The position numbers and the translations under genes are program-made. Positions 63,792-64,000 of a DNA stretch of 64,000 nucleotides are shown one piece after another. Under the pieces are notes generated by a model. It saw nothing but the letters and a program-made list of their open reading frames with translations. It searched no databases and was not told the origin of the DNA. The DNA comes from Anolis carolinensis (taxonomy: Eukaryota): contig NC_085842.1 in assembly GCF_035594765.1 (NCBI RefSeq), positions 169,149,036 through 169,213,035 on the forward strand, written 5' to 3'. Positions within the stretch are counted from its first letter, which is position 1. The number at the start of each line of letters is the position of its first letter.

Positions 63792-64000
63792 GATCCACCA
63801 GTGGCGCAGCGGGTTAAACCGCTGAGCTACTGAACATTCTGACTGAAAGGTCGACTGTTCAAATCCAGGGAGTGGAGTGAACTCCCTCTGTCAGTTCCAG
63901 CTACTGCCAACCTAGCAATTCAAAAACATGCAAATGTGAGTAGAACAATAGGTACTGCTCTGGCGGAAATGTAACGGCGCTCCATGCAGTCATGCCAGCC
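63792..64000 (+). mobile_element. Sauria SINE, runs off the window
   Basis: Family match. Confidence 0.85.

Overview
Vertebrate genomic DNA, almost certainly a squamate reptile and Anolis-like (inferred from Sauria SINEs, R4/Dong, CR1, Penelope-like and MITE families). It has two assembly gaps (18335-18537, 29151-29304). Protein-coding content: (1) a complete six-exon RDH8 (photoreceptor all-trans-retinol dehydrogenase) gene on + (14046-40251, 316 aa, all introns GT-AG and in phase); (2) a dispersed histone cluster at 48.5-62.3 kb with canonical replication-dependent H4(-), H2B(-)/H2A(+) on a shared divergent promoter, and H3.2(+), each with a 3' stem-loop and a U7 downstream element; (3) a strongly diverged but intact H2A (61886-62269, -), the main candidate for novelty. 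This H2A has lost R3, K13, K15, K119 and T120, shows no histone stem-loop, and has a TATA-less promoter with RFX X-box-like, CCAAT and ETS motifs, which fits a lineage-specific, replication-independent and possibly germline H2A variant (inference). The rest is dense, often nested transposable elements. Penelope-like fragments carrying minimal hammerhead-ribozyme motifs concentrate in the histone cluster. There are also Helitrons carrying TE cargo, two probable solo LTRs, and two insertions with unusually long (71 and 106 bp) target-site duplications. Repeat family names come from recognition by eye, not a database search, and repeat boundaries are approximate unless a TSD or terminal motif is given.
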